A DNA stretch of 64,000 bases from Prolixibacteraceae bacterium (GCA_019459525.1 JAIBEY010000050.1:5588-69587); one strand, 5' to 3'; positions 50,401 to 60,532 are shown, counted from the stretch's first letter. Notes: generated by a model from the letters alone, not told the origin. A program made the numbers and translations.

Positions 50401-51356
50401 ACCGGATACCCGGCAGCGGAATAGGCTTATCGCTGGTAAAAGAGCTGATTAACCTGCACCAGGGAAGTATTGAGGTAATTAGCGACGGAATGCATGGAAC
50501 TAGTTTTTATGTGACCTTACCACTGATTCCGGCCGAAAAAACCGAAGTCAGCAACGACAGGCAGGAAGAGCAACCGGATTTAAGCCGTTACCTCTCGGAA
50601 GGAAAAGCGACTGTTTTGCTGATTGAAGACGAAGAACCCATGCTGCGGTTTATCTCGAACGAACTTCAACCGTATTTCGAGGTTAAAAGTTTTGGCTCGG
50701 TTGAGCGTGCTTACGACTGGCTGGAAACCGAAATGCCCGATCTGATTATTTCAGACGTAATGCTTCCGGGAATGACCGGCATGGAATTTTGTAAAAAACT
50801 AAAGTCGGAAGAACTGACCAGTCATTTACCTGTAATTCTGCTTACAGCACGCGATTCGGAAGAAGATATTGTCGAAGGTTTGGGAGCCGGAGCGGATGAT
50901 TACATCACCAAACCGTTCCGTTTAAACGAATTGATTGCCCGCAGCTACAACCTGATTGAAAACCGCCGCCGCCTGAAAGATCGTTTTGCCGAACAGGACG
51001 AACCCGAAATTAAACAAACCGCTCAAAACCCTGCCGACCAGAAATTACTGGATAAAGCTTTCCGGATTGTATTTGAAAACCTGGACAATTCGGAGTTCGA
51101 CGTTCCGCAATTCTGCCAGCACATGAACATGAGTAAAACCTTGCTGTATTCGAAACTGAAATCGCTCACCGGGCAATCAGCCACCGAATTTGTGCGCAAC
51201 ATCAGGCTGAAAGAAGCCAAAAAGCTTTTGCTGAACAACGATCATCAACAAACCATTGCCGAAATAAGTTACCGCGTTGGCTTTAACGACCCACTCTATT
51301 TCTCGCGCTGTTTCCGGAAATACTTTGGGGTTCCGCCTTCGGAAGTAGGGAAATAA
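47436..51356 (+). CDS. Hybrid two-component system (beta-propeller sensor, Y_Y_Y, HisKA/HATPase, receiver, AraC HTH)
   Basis: ISHELKTPLTLI, NLLSNAFKYT, GSGIGLSLV, SDVMLPGMTG and VGFNDPLYFSRCFRK. Confidence 0.96.
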   Translation: MIQHLKQILFCGFLLLILQTQASEPYRPQLANPVLEPWRWIEFPEFDTIRISCVTKEKEGGMWMGIGNKAVFFNGYKSIRFIPDSSAIHSMVIEKDNNLLATTSNGIFRYKEGEFRKILDFTFSGQRNFITDSKGHVWIGSDFGLLRITPQTIFCLNPQGYFEIDSNGLVIKTLKLEAANDYHPNSVTETKFPVYNLTINTQQRVWMTIGEPTKNLANINLNELSGASVKWKYQKIPGIETWSVSGLCEANNSLYITTSDVNIMLARYQIDADKWEKINMKAIGGDNVQSSILKTPDGTLWIGGHSKLYALKDSGWKVYQYPEVALPLSYIELTQDQEENLFIFGNDGSLLKFDLSPRNFCTWQGLNFQCNSADGKYWFTTNTGKVVECDPDMQKFTRHSVTDGLMDMAMAMHFSEKSGLWAAGSHRGKAAIARFRNGKWENTLFPELYLGIAYNGICELGDSALAFPVNGLLELGNTNYNGGFVCYNYKRSEWEAVTREKVPQRIPSMGQTSDGRLWFSGGEFNVYDGNTSQKVDLQVKATSWTDDVRISPTDRIWAAQGGTGLFYNDGKKWIRYTTFNGLASNMVTNVYIENDSAVYIASDKGISFYDGKQFIRQIIHPELNIQRERGHLKLSDNGALWINQGTREWYLYDFKSITEDPTIFKTTMYLRGNKAPVTTISFSNQEISSSGNVIITYNGIDYFNSTSPEKIQFSYRLNNEAWSPFSEEKSSVFLDLDPGDYTMEVRARDLDRNIEAVPAQISFSILPPVYLRFWFILTIFTFIGIIVWLLLRLYARDKQIHELDQLKLRLFTDISHELKTPLTLISLPLQKLLNKADRQNETKDSLELIYTNVQRLTNLVNQVVDFRRLEAGKIQLEISPGDLTLHLRNIANYYLPLAHEKNIQFVFTCNCRDLWVKYDADKLEKIVVNLLSNAFKYTPENEKVELIVHIEEPAEKLQLWVNDSGPGIPKEMQQNVFDRFYRLRNEKLNRIPGSGIGLSLVKELINLHQGSIEVISDGMHGTSFYVTLPLIPAEKTEVSNDRQEEQPDLSRYLSEGKATVLLIEDEEPMLRFISNELQPYFEVKSFGSVERAYDWLETEMPDLIISDVMLPGMTGMEFCKKLKSEELTSHLPVILLTARDSEEDIVEGLGAGADDYITKPFRLNELIARSYNLIENRRRLKDRFAEQDEPEIKQTAQNPADQKLLDKAFRIVFENLDNSEFDVPQFCQHMNMSKTLLYSKLKSLTGQSATEFVRNIRLKEAKKLLLNNDHQQTIAEISYRVGFNDPLYFSRCFRKYFGVPPSEVGK

Positions 51357-51462
51357 TTTTTGTGCTATTTGCTTGTATATGTAATTTTTTGAAGATTTGA
51401 CTTATCAAAATTTTGCCATAGATAGTATATCTTAATCTATATTTACTGTAAAACAGGATTAC

Positions 51463-53619
51463 ATGAAAAGATCAATAGTAACTGCAATAAATACGATAAC
51501 TGGTGAAATTGTAAACTCCGATTTGATATTTAATACACAAAAGGAAGGACAAGAAATTCGAAAGATAGATAAGCAAACTTCTGGTGATGATTTTTGCTGT
51601 TATGAATGTGGGCAATTTCTTGAAACTACCTCAAGAAATAAAAATGTCTTTTTTAAGCACAAAAAATGGCATTCTCCTTGCATATTCACTGATGATGGTG
51701 ACAATAAGATATCAAAACAAGAACTCGAAGAGTTCTTTCTGATGAATAGAATCAAAGAGGAAAGTCAAGATAGTTACGCTGTTAAAAGAAGTACAGAAGG
51801 AGAAAGACATTATAACCTCAAAAAACAGATCGTCAGTAAGTTAAAGAAAACAGATTATATTACTGAAGTTCAGGATGAAAAAGTTATAAAAAAGGATTCT
51901 CAATTCAAAAAGGCCGATATATACTTCGAATATAAAGGGAGAAAAATTGTAATAGAAATTCAAATCTCTAAGCTTTCAGCCAGATATATATTTAGCAGAT
52001 ATGATTTTTATAAATCGCAGGGGATTTATCTTATATGGATTGTTGATGTGATTTTAAAAGAACAGGATCAATTCTCAATCGACATTAAGTATTTAAACGC
52101 TTATGAGAACTATTTCAATATTGTAGGGGAAGTAACTAATTTTCAACTATTCTGTAAATACAAAAACGTTTATATTACCGCTTTCAATGAACTTAGGACT
52201 CATTGGGAAACTAAATCAATTGATTTGTCTGAATTACAATTTAGCGAAGATATATTTCAAGTTTTTTATTATGATTTAACCAAGGAAAGGCAAAAAAAAG
52301 AAGGAATCAGGCTAGAACGAATAAAAAAAGAAAAGCTAGAAGAAGAACGCCAGCAGAGAATTGAAGAAGAAAGAAAAAACGAATTATTCATTCAATGGAA
52401 AAGTAATTGGCTTATGAAATTCGATAAAACTCAAAGGAATTCGGATGCTTTCCTTGAAAATTCAGTAGGAGATATTTTGTATTTTACTAAGGATGATTTG
52501 AACTATTTTGACATCAAAAAAATTGAGAATCAACTCCCTAATCTTATTTGGATAGTAAATGTAAATAAGATTAAGAATTCTATTGAATTTACTGAGACGT
52601 TTACCAGTAAGCTTAAAGAATTTAACAAAAAAAGAGAAGACGATTTAGCAAAGACTAAAACAGACTTGGAAAATTCCTTTTCGGAAAACGAAATATCTCT
52701 AAAAAAAGAGTTAAGGAAAGAGGAACAAAATCTGAAAGAGCTAAAAGAACTTGAAAATATTTGGAAATTAAAACCTGAAAAAACAAAAAATCTGCCAAAT
52801 GATTACTTGCTCTATTTTTGGGATCCTACTCTAAAAAAAGTAGATAACACTACTGATCTTTACAAAAAAATAGAGTCCCTTTTCAAAGATCAAATTTTGA
52901 GTTGTAAGCAAGAACGTTTAGACTTCCTAAATCAGAAAGATAAGTCAGAAAAAGAAATAAAAACATGGAAAGATAAGGAAGGATTGATTATTAGAGGTAA
53001 AATTCTTAGGCTGAAACCATCTTTTGAAATAACTTTTGAAGAGCTATCAAAAAATGGAGATCGAATCTTATTCAAAGATATTGATTCTCAAAACATTGAT
53101 ATACTTAAAGAACCAGACATTGAAAAAGTTCTAGCTTCCCCAAAATCATACTTCGTCTATGATGATTATTCTAAAAGAATTGAGGAATGGATGGCCGATA
53201 TTAAGAAAATTGAAAGCAAAATTGAAGAAAGCAAAACGAGACTAAAAGCGATACAAGAGAATATAGAAGTCGAAGCATTAAAATGGTTTAACCTGAGATT
53301 ATCTGAAACTCAAATAAAAATAGAAACAACGGAAAAGGCAATAAAACTTATTAATAATAAGATAGATAGTATAACGAAAGAAAAAGAAACAATTGTTTCA
53401 AGTTTGATCCAGGAACAAGACGTACAGCGAAAATCAATGATCGAAAACCATAAATGGGATTATCGCATTGAGTGGAATTATTATGATCTTTCTTGGCATC
53501 ACGTTGCGAAGCCAATATTCTTCGAAATTGATGAAGGTTTATATTATAAAGGCGATCCAAACAGTTTAGATGTTAGATTTTATACTAGAGAAATGTTCTT
53601 AGAAGAATTCAATAACTAA
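51463..53619 (+). CDS. CoiA-like (DUF6035-like) zinc-ribbon + PD-(D/E)XK nuclease protein with long coiled coils
   Basis: CYEC...FKH...C, EGERH, ADIYF...IVIEIQISKL...RYDFY...IYLIWI, and K/E-rich heptads. AT-rich. Confidence 0.65.
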   Translation: MKRSIVTAINTITGEIVNSDLIFNTQKEGQEIRKIDKQTSGDDFCCYECGQFLETTSRNKNVFFKHKKWHSPCIFTDDGDNKISKQELEEFFLMNRIKEESQDSYAVKRSTEGERHYNLKKQIVSKLKKTDYITEVQDEKVIKKDSQFKKADIYFEYKGRKIVIEIQISKLSARYIFSRYDFYKSQGIYLIWIVDVILKEQDQFSIDIKYLNAYENYFNIVGEVTNFQLFCKYKNVYITAFNELRTHWETKSIDLSELQFSEDIFQVFYYDLTKERQKKEGIRLERIKKEKLEEERQQRIEEERKNELFIQWKSNWLMKFDKTQRNSDAFLENSVGDILYFTKDDLNYFDIKKIENQLPNLIWIVNVNKIKNSIEFTETFTSKLKEFNKKREDDLAKTKTDLENSFSENEISLKKELRKEEQNLKELKELENIWKLKPEKTKNLPNDYLLYFWDPTLKKVDNTTDLYKKIESLFKDQILSCKQERLDFLNQKDKSEKEIKTWKDKEGLIIRGKILRLKPSFEITFEELSKNGDRILFKDIDSQNIDILKEPDIEKVLASPKSYFVYDDYSKRIEEWMADIKKIESKIEESKTRLKAIQENIEVEALKWFNLRLSETQIKIETTEKAIKLINNKIDSITKEKETIVSSLIQEQDVQRKSMIENHKWDYRIEWNYYDLSWHHVAKPIFFEIDEGLYYKGDPNSLDVRFYTREMFLEEFNN

Positions 53620-53648
53620 AGTTTTGAAATACAGCTTATATTTGTACC

Positions 53649-54803
53649 ATGCGAACCGAATCAGAAATATTACACGAAATCAGTCTTGGCGAAGATTCAA
53701 GCCGACAGTTTAAGGTCAAACTGAACAATCAGGCTCATATCGCTCTTGAGATGTGCGCCATGAGCAATAGCTTGGGCGGAATCATCTACATTGGCGTGAA
53801 TGATGATTGCACCATTGAAGGAATTTCGCAGGAAGAAGTCCGCAAATACAATTCATGGATTTCGGATGCTGCCAGCCAACTCATCCGTCCGGCCATTTAT
53901 CCACAAACCAGAACGGTTGAAGTGGAAGGAAAACTTTTGATGCTGATTGAGGTTTCGGAAGGAACATCCAAACCATATCAAGATCATAAAGGTGCATTCT
54001 GGGTTAAAACCGGAAGTGACAAACGGGTAGCTTCGTCGCAGGAATTAATGAGGTTATTCCAGCAAAATGCGCAATTGACATTGGACGAAATGAGTACTTC
54101 TGCCGATTTATCTTATCTGGAAATTTCGAAGTTTAAGGCTTTTTTCGAAAAATTAAAAGGAATTACATTTGAGGAATCCGGATTAGAATTAGTACAGGTT
54201 TTGCAAAACATGAACCTTTCTAAAAATGAAAGTTTAACATTGGCCGGACTTCTGTTGTTTTCAAAAGATGTCGAAACCTTTAAACCCTTTTGCCTGGTCA
54301 GGGCTATCAATTTTCCCTCGAACGAAATTAGTGACGACTTATACATTGACAAACGCGATTGCACCGGAACTCTGGATGCTCAGTTTAAACAAGGAATGCT
54401 TTTTCTAAAAAACAATCTGGCATTCATACAAAAAGAACCCTCATTTAATAGTATTGGAGCGTTAGAAATCGATGAAAAAGTATTGGAGGAAGCTTTTGTA
54501 AATGCCTTATTACATCGCGACTACAGTAAAAATGCGGTTATCAGGTTATTTATTTTTAAGGATCGTGTTGAAATAATCAGCCCCGGGAGTTTACCGAATC
54601 ATCTGACTATTGAAAATATTAAGAACGGAAATTCGGTCATGCGGAATCCATTACTTGCTTCGTATGGCACGAAAATATTGCCTTATTCTGGCATTGGCTC
54701 CGGAATTCCCCGGATCATAAAGAATCACCCCGAAACAGAATTAGTAAACGACAAAGAAGGAGAGCAGTTTACGATTATTTTGAAACGTCTGGTTCGACTT
54801 TAG
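53649..54803 (+). CDS. Schlafen/AlbA_2 domain + HATPase_c_4-type ATP-binding protein
   Basis: GEDSSRQFK, CAMSNSLGGIIYIGVNDD, EAFVNALLHRDY, DRVEIISPGSLP, RNPLLA and GSGIPRI. Confidence 0.9.
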   Translation: MRTESEILHEISLGEDSSRQFKVKLNNQAHIALEMCAMSNSLGGIIYIGVNDDCTIEGISQEEVRKYNSWISDAASQLIRPAIYPQTRTVEVEGKLLMLIEVSEGTSKPYQDHKGAFWVKTGSDKRVASSQELMRLFQQNAQLTLDEMSTSADLSYLEISKFKAFFEKLKGITFEESGLELVQVLQNMNLSKNESLTLAGLLLFSKDVETFKPFCLVRAINFPSNEISDDLYIDKRDCTGTLDAQFKQGMLFLKNNLAFIQKEPSFNSIGALEIDEKVLEEAFVNALLHRDYSKNAVIRLFIFKDRVEIISPGSLPNHLTIENIKNGNSVMRNPLLASYGTKILPYSGIGSGIPRIIKNHPETELVNDKEGEQFTIILKRLVRL

Positions 54804-54826
54804 ACTTTTTAAATCAGGTATGGGTC

Positions 54827-57349
54827 ATGATGAAACGCCTTCTCTTTCTTTGTTTAACGGTAATTTTCTATAGTTGCATCCAAACTCAACTTCCAATTGC
54901 TAGGGGCGTTTCACAAGAATTGGCTCAATACCGGAAATCAGTGCTTTCTGAAATCAATTACGATTTAAGTTTCCGCATTCCGAAGAAAAAAACTGAAAAA
55001 ATTAATGGAACTGCCGTCATCCGATTTAATCTGAATAATACAAAACAGGATTTGCAGCTCGATTTTAAAGGCGACACCGCAGTACCATACAAAGTATCTG
55101 TCAACGGAACTGTTTCTGAGATAGTGATAACAAAAGGACATCTGGTTATTAATAAATCGGCTTTAAAAACCGGAGCCAACAAAATCAATCTGGAATTTGT
55201 TTGCCCCGACTGGTCGATGAACCGAAATCCGGAGTTTATCTATACCTTGTTTGTTCCCGACCGTGCGTCAACCGCTTTCCCGTGTTTCGATCAGCCCAAC
55301 CTGAAAGCTCAGTTTAAACTTCAACTTCAGATTCCGGTTGATTGGAAAGCTGTTGCCAATGGATCGTTGGAGAAAGAAAAAACCTTAGATTCGGTTAAAA
55401 TACTGGATTTCAAACAAACACATCCGCTTCCTACTTATTTATTTGCATTTTCTGCCGGAAAGTTCGATACGATTAGTCGCACCCAAAACGGTAAAACCTG
55501 CGTATTGTATCACCGCGAAAAAGAGGAAGAATTGCGGAATAATGCTGATTCTGTATTCTCGTTACTTTTTCGATCATTGGAATGGATTGAAAACTATACA
55601 GGAATCCCCTACCCGTTCGAGAAATACGATCTGGTAGCTGTTCCTTCGTTTCAGTACAACGGCATGGAACATCCGGGAGCCACGCTGTACCGTGCATCAA
55701 GCCTGTTTTTGGATAACCAGCCAACTCAGCAACAATTGCTGAAACGTGCTAACCTGATTGCCCACGAAACAGCGCACATATGGTTTGGCGATCTGGTAAC
55801 GATGCCCTGGTTCGATGAAGTCTGGCTGAAAGAAGTATTTGCTAATTTCATTGCCGACAAAGTCGTGTCACCCATGTTTCCTGAATTCAATTTCGATCTG
55901 CAATTTCTGTTGGCGCATTACGATGTTTCATATTCGGTCGATCGGACTTCGGGTGCCAATGCCATCGGGCAAAAGCTGGCCAACATGAAAGATGCCGGAA
56001 GTTTATATGGCTCCATCATTTACCACAAAGCGCCCATCGTGATGCGTCTGCTGGAACAAAAAACCGGGGAAGCCGTGCTGCAAAAAGGATTACAACAATA
56101 CCTTTCAGAAAATGCCTACGGAAATGCGGGATGGAAAGAACTGATCGACCTTTTAAATGTAAGCCAGACCGATGAGTTGCCTCACTGGTCGGACAGTTGG
56201 GTGAACGAAGCCGGTCGCCCACACCTGAGCGCCACCATTAACGCGAAAAACCTGATTATTGAACAAGTTGATCCTTTTCATAAAAGCCGGATTTGGCCAT
56301 TGGAACTGGAGCTGGCATTCTCTGAAAACGGGAAAATCAGTCAGCAAAAAATTGAATTAACGTCAGCTACCGAAGAACTTCAAAATGTATTTCCAACAGG
56401 TAACCCGGATTGGATTTATCTGAATTCTAAAGGGAATGTGTATGGTTTTGTAGAGATTGATTCCCTTTCTGCGGGGTATTTTCTGAACCATTTTTCGACA
56501 TTAACCGATGATCTTTTGCGGGCATCGGTGTTGACAGACCTGAATGAAAACATGATGGAAGGTAACTTGAATTTAGGCCATTTCCTCAACCTGATCATCG
56601 GCCAAATGCCGAGGGAAAACAATGCAGTTATTTACGAACGCATGCTCAGTTACCTGGAATCCGCCTATCAATACAGAGCAAGTGTCGAATTGCAAAAAGA
56701 TCTTCAGGACAAACTGGAAATCATGCTCTGGGCTGAATATGCCATCCGAAAAAACCAACAGACGGCAATCATCAACAGCCTGATGAGGTTAGCAAAAACT
56801 GAAATTTCACTTATTAAACTGCAAGAATACCTGAATAAACCGGCCACTCATCCGGAAATTAAACTTAGTGCCGACCAACAAAACGATCTGGCTTTGCAGT
56901 TGGCATTAAAAGTACCTGAAAAAGCTCTTGAAATTTTGAATACTCAGGAGGATCGTATTTCCAATCCGGATAAAAAAGCACAGTTTCAGTTTGTGCGAAA
57001 AAGTGTCCATCCGGATCAAGCTGAGCGTGATCGGTTCTTTCAGTCGCTGCTTCAGGAAGAAAATCGGGAACACGAGCCCTGGGTTGATCAGGCGATTGCT
57101 TTACTGAACCATACGTTACGGCAGGAAGAAGCCTTGAAGTTCATTCGTCCGGGTCTCGACGAATTGCAGGAAATTCAACAAACCGGAGACATATTCTTCC
57201 CGAAATCGTGGCTCGACAACTTACTCAAAGGCCACAACAGCAAAGAAGCTGCTTCAATCGTCCGGCAATTCCTGACGGACTATCCCGATTATCCGGAGAA
57301 TCTGAAGCTGAAGATTTTGCAGTCGGCTGACCATTTGATGCGGAAATAG
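54827..57349 (+). CDS. pepN: M1 family aminopeptidase (aminopeptidase N-like), probable lipoprotein
   Basis: GMEHPG, HETAHIWFGDLVT...VWLKE (HExxH-x18-E) and YHKAP. Confidence 0.93.
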   Translation: MMKRLLFLCLTVIFYSCIQTQLPIARGVSQELAQYRKSVLSEINYDLSFRIPKKKTEKINGTAVIRFNLNNTKQDLQLDFKGDTAVPYKVSVNGTVSEIVITKGHLVINKSALKTGANKINLEFVCPDWSMNRNPEFIYTLFVPDRASTAFPCFDQPNLKAQFKLQLQIPVDWKAVANGSLEKEKTLDSVKILDFKQTHPLPTYLFAFSAGKFDTISRTQNGKTCVLYHREKEEELRNNADSVFSLLFRSLEWIENYTGIPYPFEKYDLVAVPSFQYNGMEHPGATLYRASSLFLDNQPTQQQLLKRANLIAHETAHIWFGDLVTMPWFDEVWLKEVFANFIADKVVSPMFPEFNFDLQFLLAHYDVSYSVDRTSGANAIGQKLANMKDAGSLYGSIIYHKAPIVMRLLEQKTGEAVLQKGLQQYLSENAYGNAGWKELIDLLNVSQTDELPHWSDSWVNEAGRPHLSATINAKNLIIEQVDPFHKSRIWPLELELAFSENGKISQQKIELTSATEELQNVFPTGNPDWIYLNSKGNVYGFVEIDSLSAGYFLNHFSTLTDDLLRASVLTDLNENMMEGNLNLGHFLNLIIGQMPRENNAVIYERMLSYLESAYQYRASVELQKDLQDKLEIMLWAEYAIRKNQQTAIINSLMRLAKTEISLIKLQEYLNKPATHPEIKLSADQQNDLALQLALKVPEKALEILNTQEDRISNPDKKAQFQFVRKSVHPDQAERDRFFQSLLQEENREHEPWVDQAIALLNHTLRQEEALKFIRPGLDELQEIQQTGDIFFPKSWLDNLLKGHNSKEAASIVRQFLTDYPDYPENLKLKILQSADHLMRK

Positions 57350-57371
57350 TTCACATCGAAAAAGTTAAAAA

Positions 57372-57439
57372 TTCAAACACGAAGACTCGAAGATACAATA
57401 TGTTACCAAGAAATGTATCTTCCAGACTTCGTGTTTGAT
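57372..57439. repeat. Inverted repeat between convergent pepN and GH36 genes
   Basis: TCAAACACGAAG..GAAGATACA versus TGTATCTTC..CTTCGTGTTTGA. Confidence 0.7.
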
Positions 57440-57482
57440 AAGTAATTACAGGCTTGCGGATGACTCCACTTTGCAGTTACAA

Positions 57483-59651
57483 TTATTTCACCTCCGAAAT
57501 CTCAATCACAGCGCTGGTTAAATCGCCATTATTAGGTAATTGCACACCTATTTTCATCAGGTAATCGCCCGAAAAGGTTTTGCCATCGGCAACAAAACGA
57601 CCGCGACTGTTTGGCATTTTATTGATTTCCTCCAACTTGTAGTTTTTATTTGCATCTAAACCCAATAAACGAACGGCGCTGTATTGGTTAAAAGCACGCG
57701 GATGAAGCGAATAAGCGAACAATATCGCTTTATTTTTGGGTTCGTTGGTGTACATCAACACGGCGCGATCATCTTCGTAAGGCGAAACCAGGCGGTACAA
57801 ATCTCCTTTCCAAACCAAATCTTTCAGGCGATTGTAATTTTGAACAGCCTGTTTGCTGAATGTCAACTCATCGGCAGTCATTTCATTTACCCGGATGTCG
57901 TAACCCATTTTCCCCATCATGGCCACATCGGTTCTGAACTTGAGCGACTGTTTGCCCATCGTAGTGATGTGGTTACACGAAGTAATACTTGGAAAAAAGT
58001 AAGAATATCCCCACTGGATGAACACCCGCTCGTATCCGTCGGTGTTGTCGCTGGGCCAGAATTCGGTGAAATATTTCAGCGCGCCATAATCGGTCCGGCC
58101 TCCGCCACCCGAGCAAAGCATAATGGGTAGTGTTGGATATTTAGCCCGAAGCCGATCCATCACTTTATAAAAACTACGCACATATTCAATCTGCACATGC
58201 GACTGTTTGTCTTTCAGGTAGGGCGAATAGGTGTTGGTCATCATGCGGTTACAATCCCATTTGATGAAGCCAATCTTCGGATTTTTGGTTATCATGTCGT
58301 CCACCAGTTTAAATACAAACTCCTGCACTTCAGGATTGGTCAAATCGAGCACCAACTGATTCCGGTAATAATGTTCTTCGCGGTTAGGCAGTTTCAGCAC
58401 CCAATCCGGATGTTTCTCGTACAATTCGCTTTTCGGATTTACCATTTCGGGCTCCAGCCAGATTCCGAATTTTACACCTTTGGCTTCTGCTTGTTCAACC
58501 AGATAGCCCAATCCGTGAGGCAATTTAGTGGTCGTTTCCTGCCAGTCGCCCAAACCTGCGCGGTCGTTGGCACGCGGATATTTATTTCCGAACCAACCAT
58601 CGTCGAGCAAAAACAGGTCAACACCCAATTCTTTCGCTCCGCCAAAAAGTTCCGTCAATTTGGCTTCATCAAAATCGAAATAGGTTGCTTCCCAATTGTT
58701 TAACAACGAAAGTCGGTTCCCGTTTCCATCCATCACACCATAGTTACGGGCCCACCGGTGAAAATTGCGGCTCGCCTGCCCTTTTCCCTGATTGCTGAAG
58801 GTGAACAAAAATTCAGGAGTGGTAAATGTTTCATTCGGATTCAGGTGGTATTCGGAAGCAAACGGATTGATACCCGAAATCATACGCAGCGAACCTTCAT
58901 TATCAATTTCGAATGCCATCTGGAAACTACCGGTCCAACCCAGAGTTCCGGCAATTACATCACCCGAGTTTTCGTTGGCCGACTGATTCTTCGCCAGAAA
59001 AAATACCGGAGTCTGGTACATGTTGGCGCGGGTTCCGAGTTTACTGTCGATGATTTTAATTCCACTGGTCAGTTGGCTTTCTTCCATGCGCATTTCCTGA
59101 GCCCAATCGCCATGAAACTGAGTCAGCCAGTATTTATCGGCATCCACATGTAACATAGCCGAAGCATAATTGCTCAACACCACCGGTTTCTTTTCCTGAT
59201 GTTTGATTTCCGCCCAGGTTTTAATGATATTTTCTTTCTGGAAAGCCACAAAATTCAGGCGCACTTCAACGGGATATTTCGGATCTTTCAGGAGAATGGA
59301 AGTGGTTACGAGATTTCCGTCGCGGGTTACTTTTTCGTCGGAAACAAGCAATTCGAGCGACGGATTTCCATCGTTGTGCAACATTTTAATGGCTGGCTCG
59401 AACAAATTATCGCCACCAGAAGGAATGTAAGCTTCGTGTTTACTGGGCAGCAATTGATAATCGGCAGCATTTTTTAATTTTTCGCCCAAATAAACCTGGT
59501 ACAACTTCTGGTTTTTCCCGATCGAATAAACCAGCGCGGTGTTATCGGTTTCAATAATCAGTTGTTTTTGGGTTTGTGGAGCAGGCTGAAACTGCGCTTG
59601 CAGGTTTACAGCAACTAAAATCAGGATGAGAAGGAGGAAATTCTTTTTCAT
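57483..59651 (-). CDS. Alpha-galactosidase, glycoside hydrolase family 36
   Basis: LNNWEATYFDF, LFLLDDGWFG, FGIWLEPEMV, IKWDCNR, CSGGGGR and WPSDNTD. Confidence 0.96.
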   Translation of the reverse strand: MKKNFLLLILILVAVNLQAQFQPAPQTQKQLIIETDNTALVYSIGKNQKLYQVYLGEKLKNAADYQLLPSKHEAYIPSGGDNLFEPAIKMLHNDGNPSLELLVSDEKVTRDGNLVTTSILLKDPKYPVEVRLNFVAFQKENIIKTWAEIKHQEKKPVVLSNYASAMLHVDADKYWLTQFHGDWAQEMRMEESQLTSGIKIIDSKLGTRANMYQTPVFFLAKNQSANENSGDVIAGTLGWTGSFQMAFEIDNEGSLRMISGINPFASEYHLNPNETFTTPEFLFTFSNQGKGQASRNFHRWARNYGVMDGNGNRLSLLNNWEATYFDFDEAKLTELFGGAKELGVDLFLLDDGWFGNKYPRANDRAGLGDWQETTTKLPHGLGYLVEQAEAKGVKFGIWLEPEMVNPKSELYEKHPDWVLKLPNREEHYYRNQLVLDLTNPEVQEFVFKLVDDMITKNPKIGFIKWDCNRMMTNTYSPYLKDKQSHVQIEYVRSFYKVMDRLRAKYPTLPIMLCSGGGGRTDYGALKYFTEFWPSDNTDGYERVFIQWGYSYFFPSITSCNHITTMGKQSLKFRTDVAMMGKMGYDIRVNEMTADELTFSKQAVQNYNRLKDLVWKGDLYRLVSPYEDDRAVLMYTNEPKNKAILFAYSLHPRAFNQYSAVRLLGLDANKNYKLEEINKMPNSRGRFVADGKTFSGDYLMKIGVQLPNNGDLTSAVIEISEVK

Positions 59652-59794
59652 GGTTGTTACAGTTAGATTATACATAAATTGGCAAGGCTAAGATATTGAA
59701 ACCACATGGTTAAACAACTTGAAATTGACTAAAAATTATCACGGTTTCTTCGCCAAATACCTTAAATTCGTTAATCATTTAACAAACAGAAAAT

Positions 59795-60532
59795 ATGAAA
59801 CTTAAAGCTTTCCATAAATTATCCTACGGCCTATACCTGATTGCTTCCGAGCACCAAGGCAAAAAAGCCGGATACATCGCCAACACTACGTTTCAGGTCA
59901 CTTCGGAGCCACCTCAACTGGCTATTTCGTGCCACAAAAACAACTATTCAACCCAAATCATACTCGATTCGGGCGCATTTTCGGTTTCAGTCCTGAAAAA
60001 AGAAGTGAACATGAAAATCATTGGCGACTTTGGGTTTATGTCGTCAACCGACATCAACAAGTTCTCCGGAATCAATTACATTAAAGGCCAATCCGGAGCG
60101 CCCATTGTGATGGACAGTTCGGTGGCCTGGTTCGATTGCAAAGTGGTGAAATCGATTGATTTGGGTACGCATTACCTGATTATTGGCGAAGTGATAGACT
60201 CGGATGAAGTTTCGGATGAAGAACCGCTGACTTACCAGTATTACCGCGAAAAATACAAGATGTACTCACCCAAAAACTCACCAACTTACATCGAAAAATC
60301 GAAGCTGGATGACGAAGTTCAGTCGATTATTGTTGAGGAACGGGATGGTGAAACCGATGTCACTTATTTTGACGGCAAAAAATACATTTGTGCCATTTGC
60401 GGGTTTGTTTACGATCCGGAAGAAGGCGACCCCACCATGGGTATTGCACCCGGAACGCCATTTGAAGAACTGCCGGAAAGCTATCGCTGCCCCATTTGTA
60501 ACGCCGGAAAGGAATATTTTAAGGAAGAGTAA
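59795..60532 (+). CDS. Flavin reductase-like domain fused to C-terminal rubredoxin (high-molecular-weight rubredoxin type)
   Basis: [18 protein letters not shown] and EPLTYQYY, then [10 protein letters not shown]...[16 protein letters not shown]. Confidence 0.92.
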   Translation: MKLKAFHKLSYGLYLIASEHQGKKAGYIANTTFQVTSEPPQLAISCHKNNYSTQIILDSGAFSVSVLKKEVNMKIIGDFGFMSSTDINKFSGINYIKGQSGAPIVMDSSVAWFDCKVVKSIDLGTHYLIIGEVIDSDEVSDEEPLTYQYYREKYKMYSPKNSPTYIEKSKLDDEVQSIIVEERDGETDVTYFDGKKYICAICGFVYDPEEGDPTMGIAPGTPFEELPESYRCPICNAGKEYFKEE

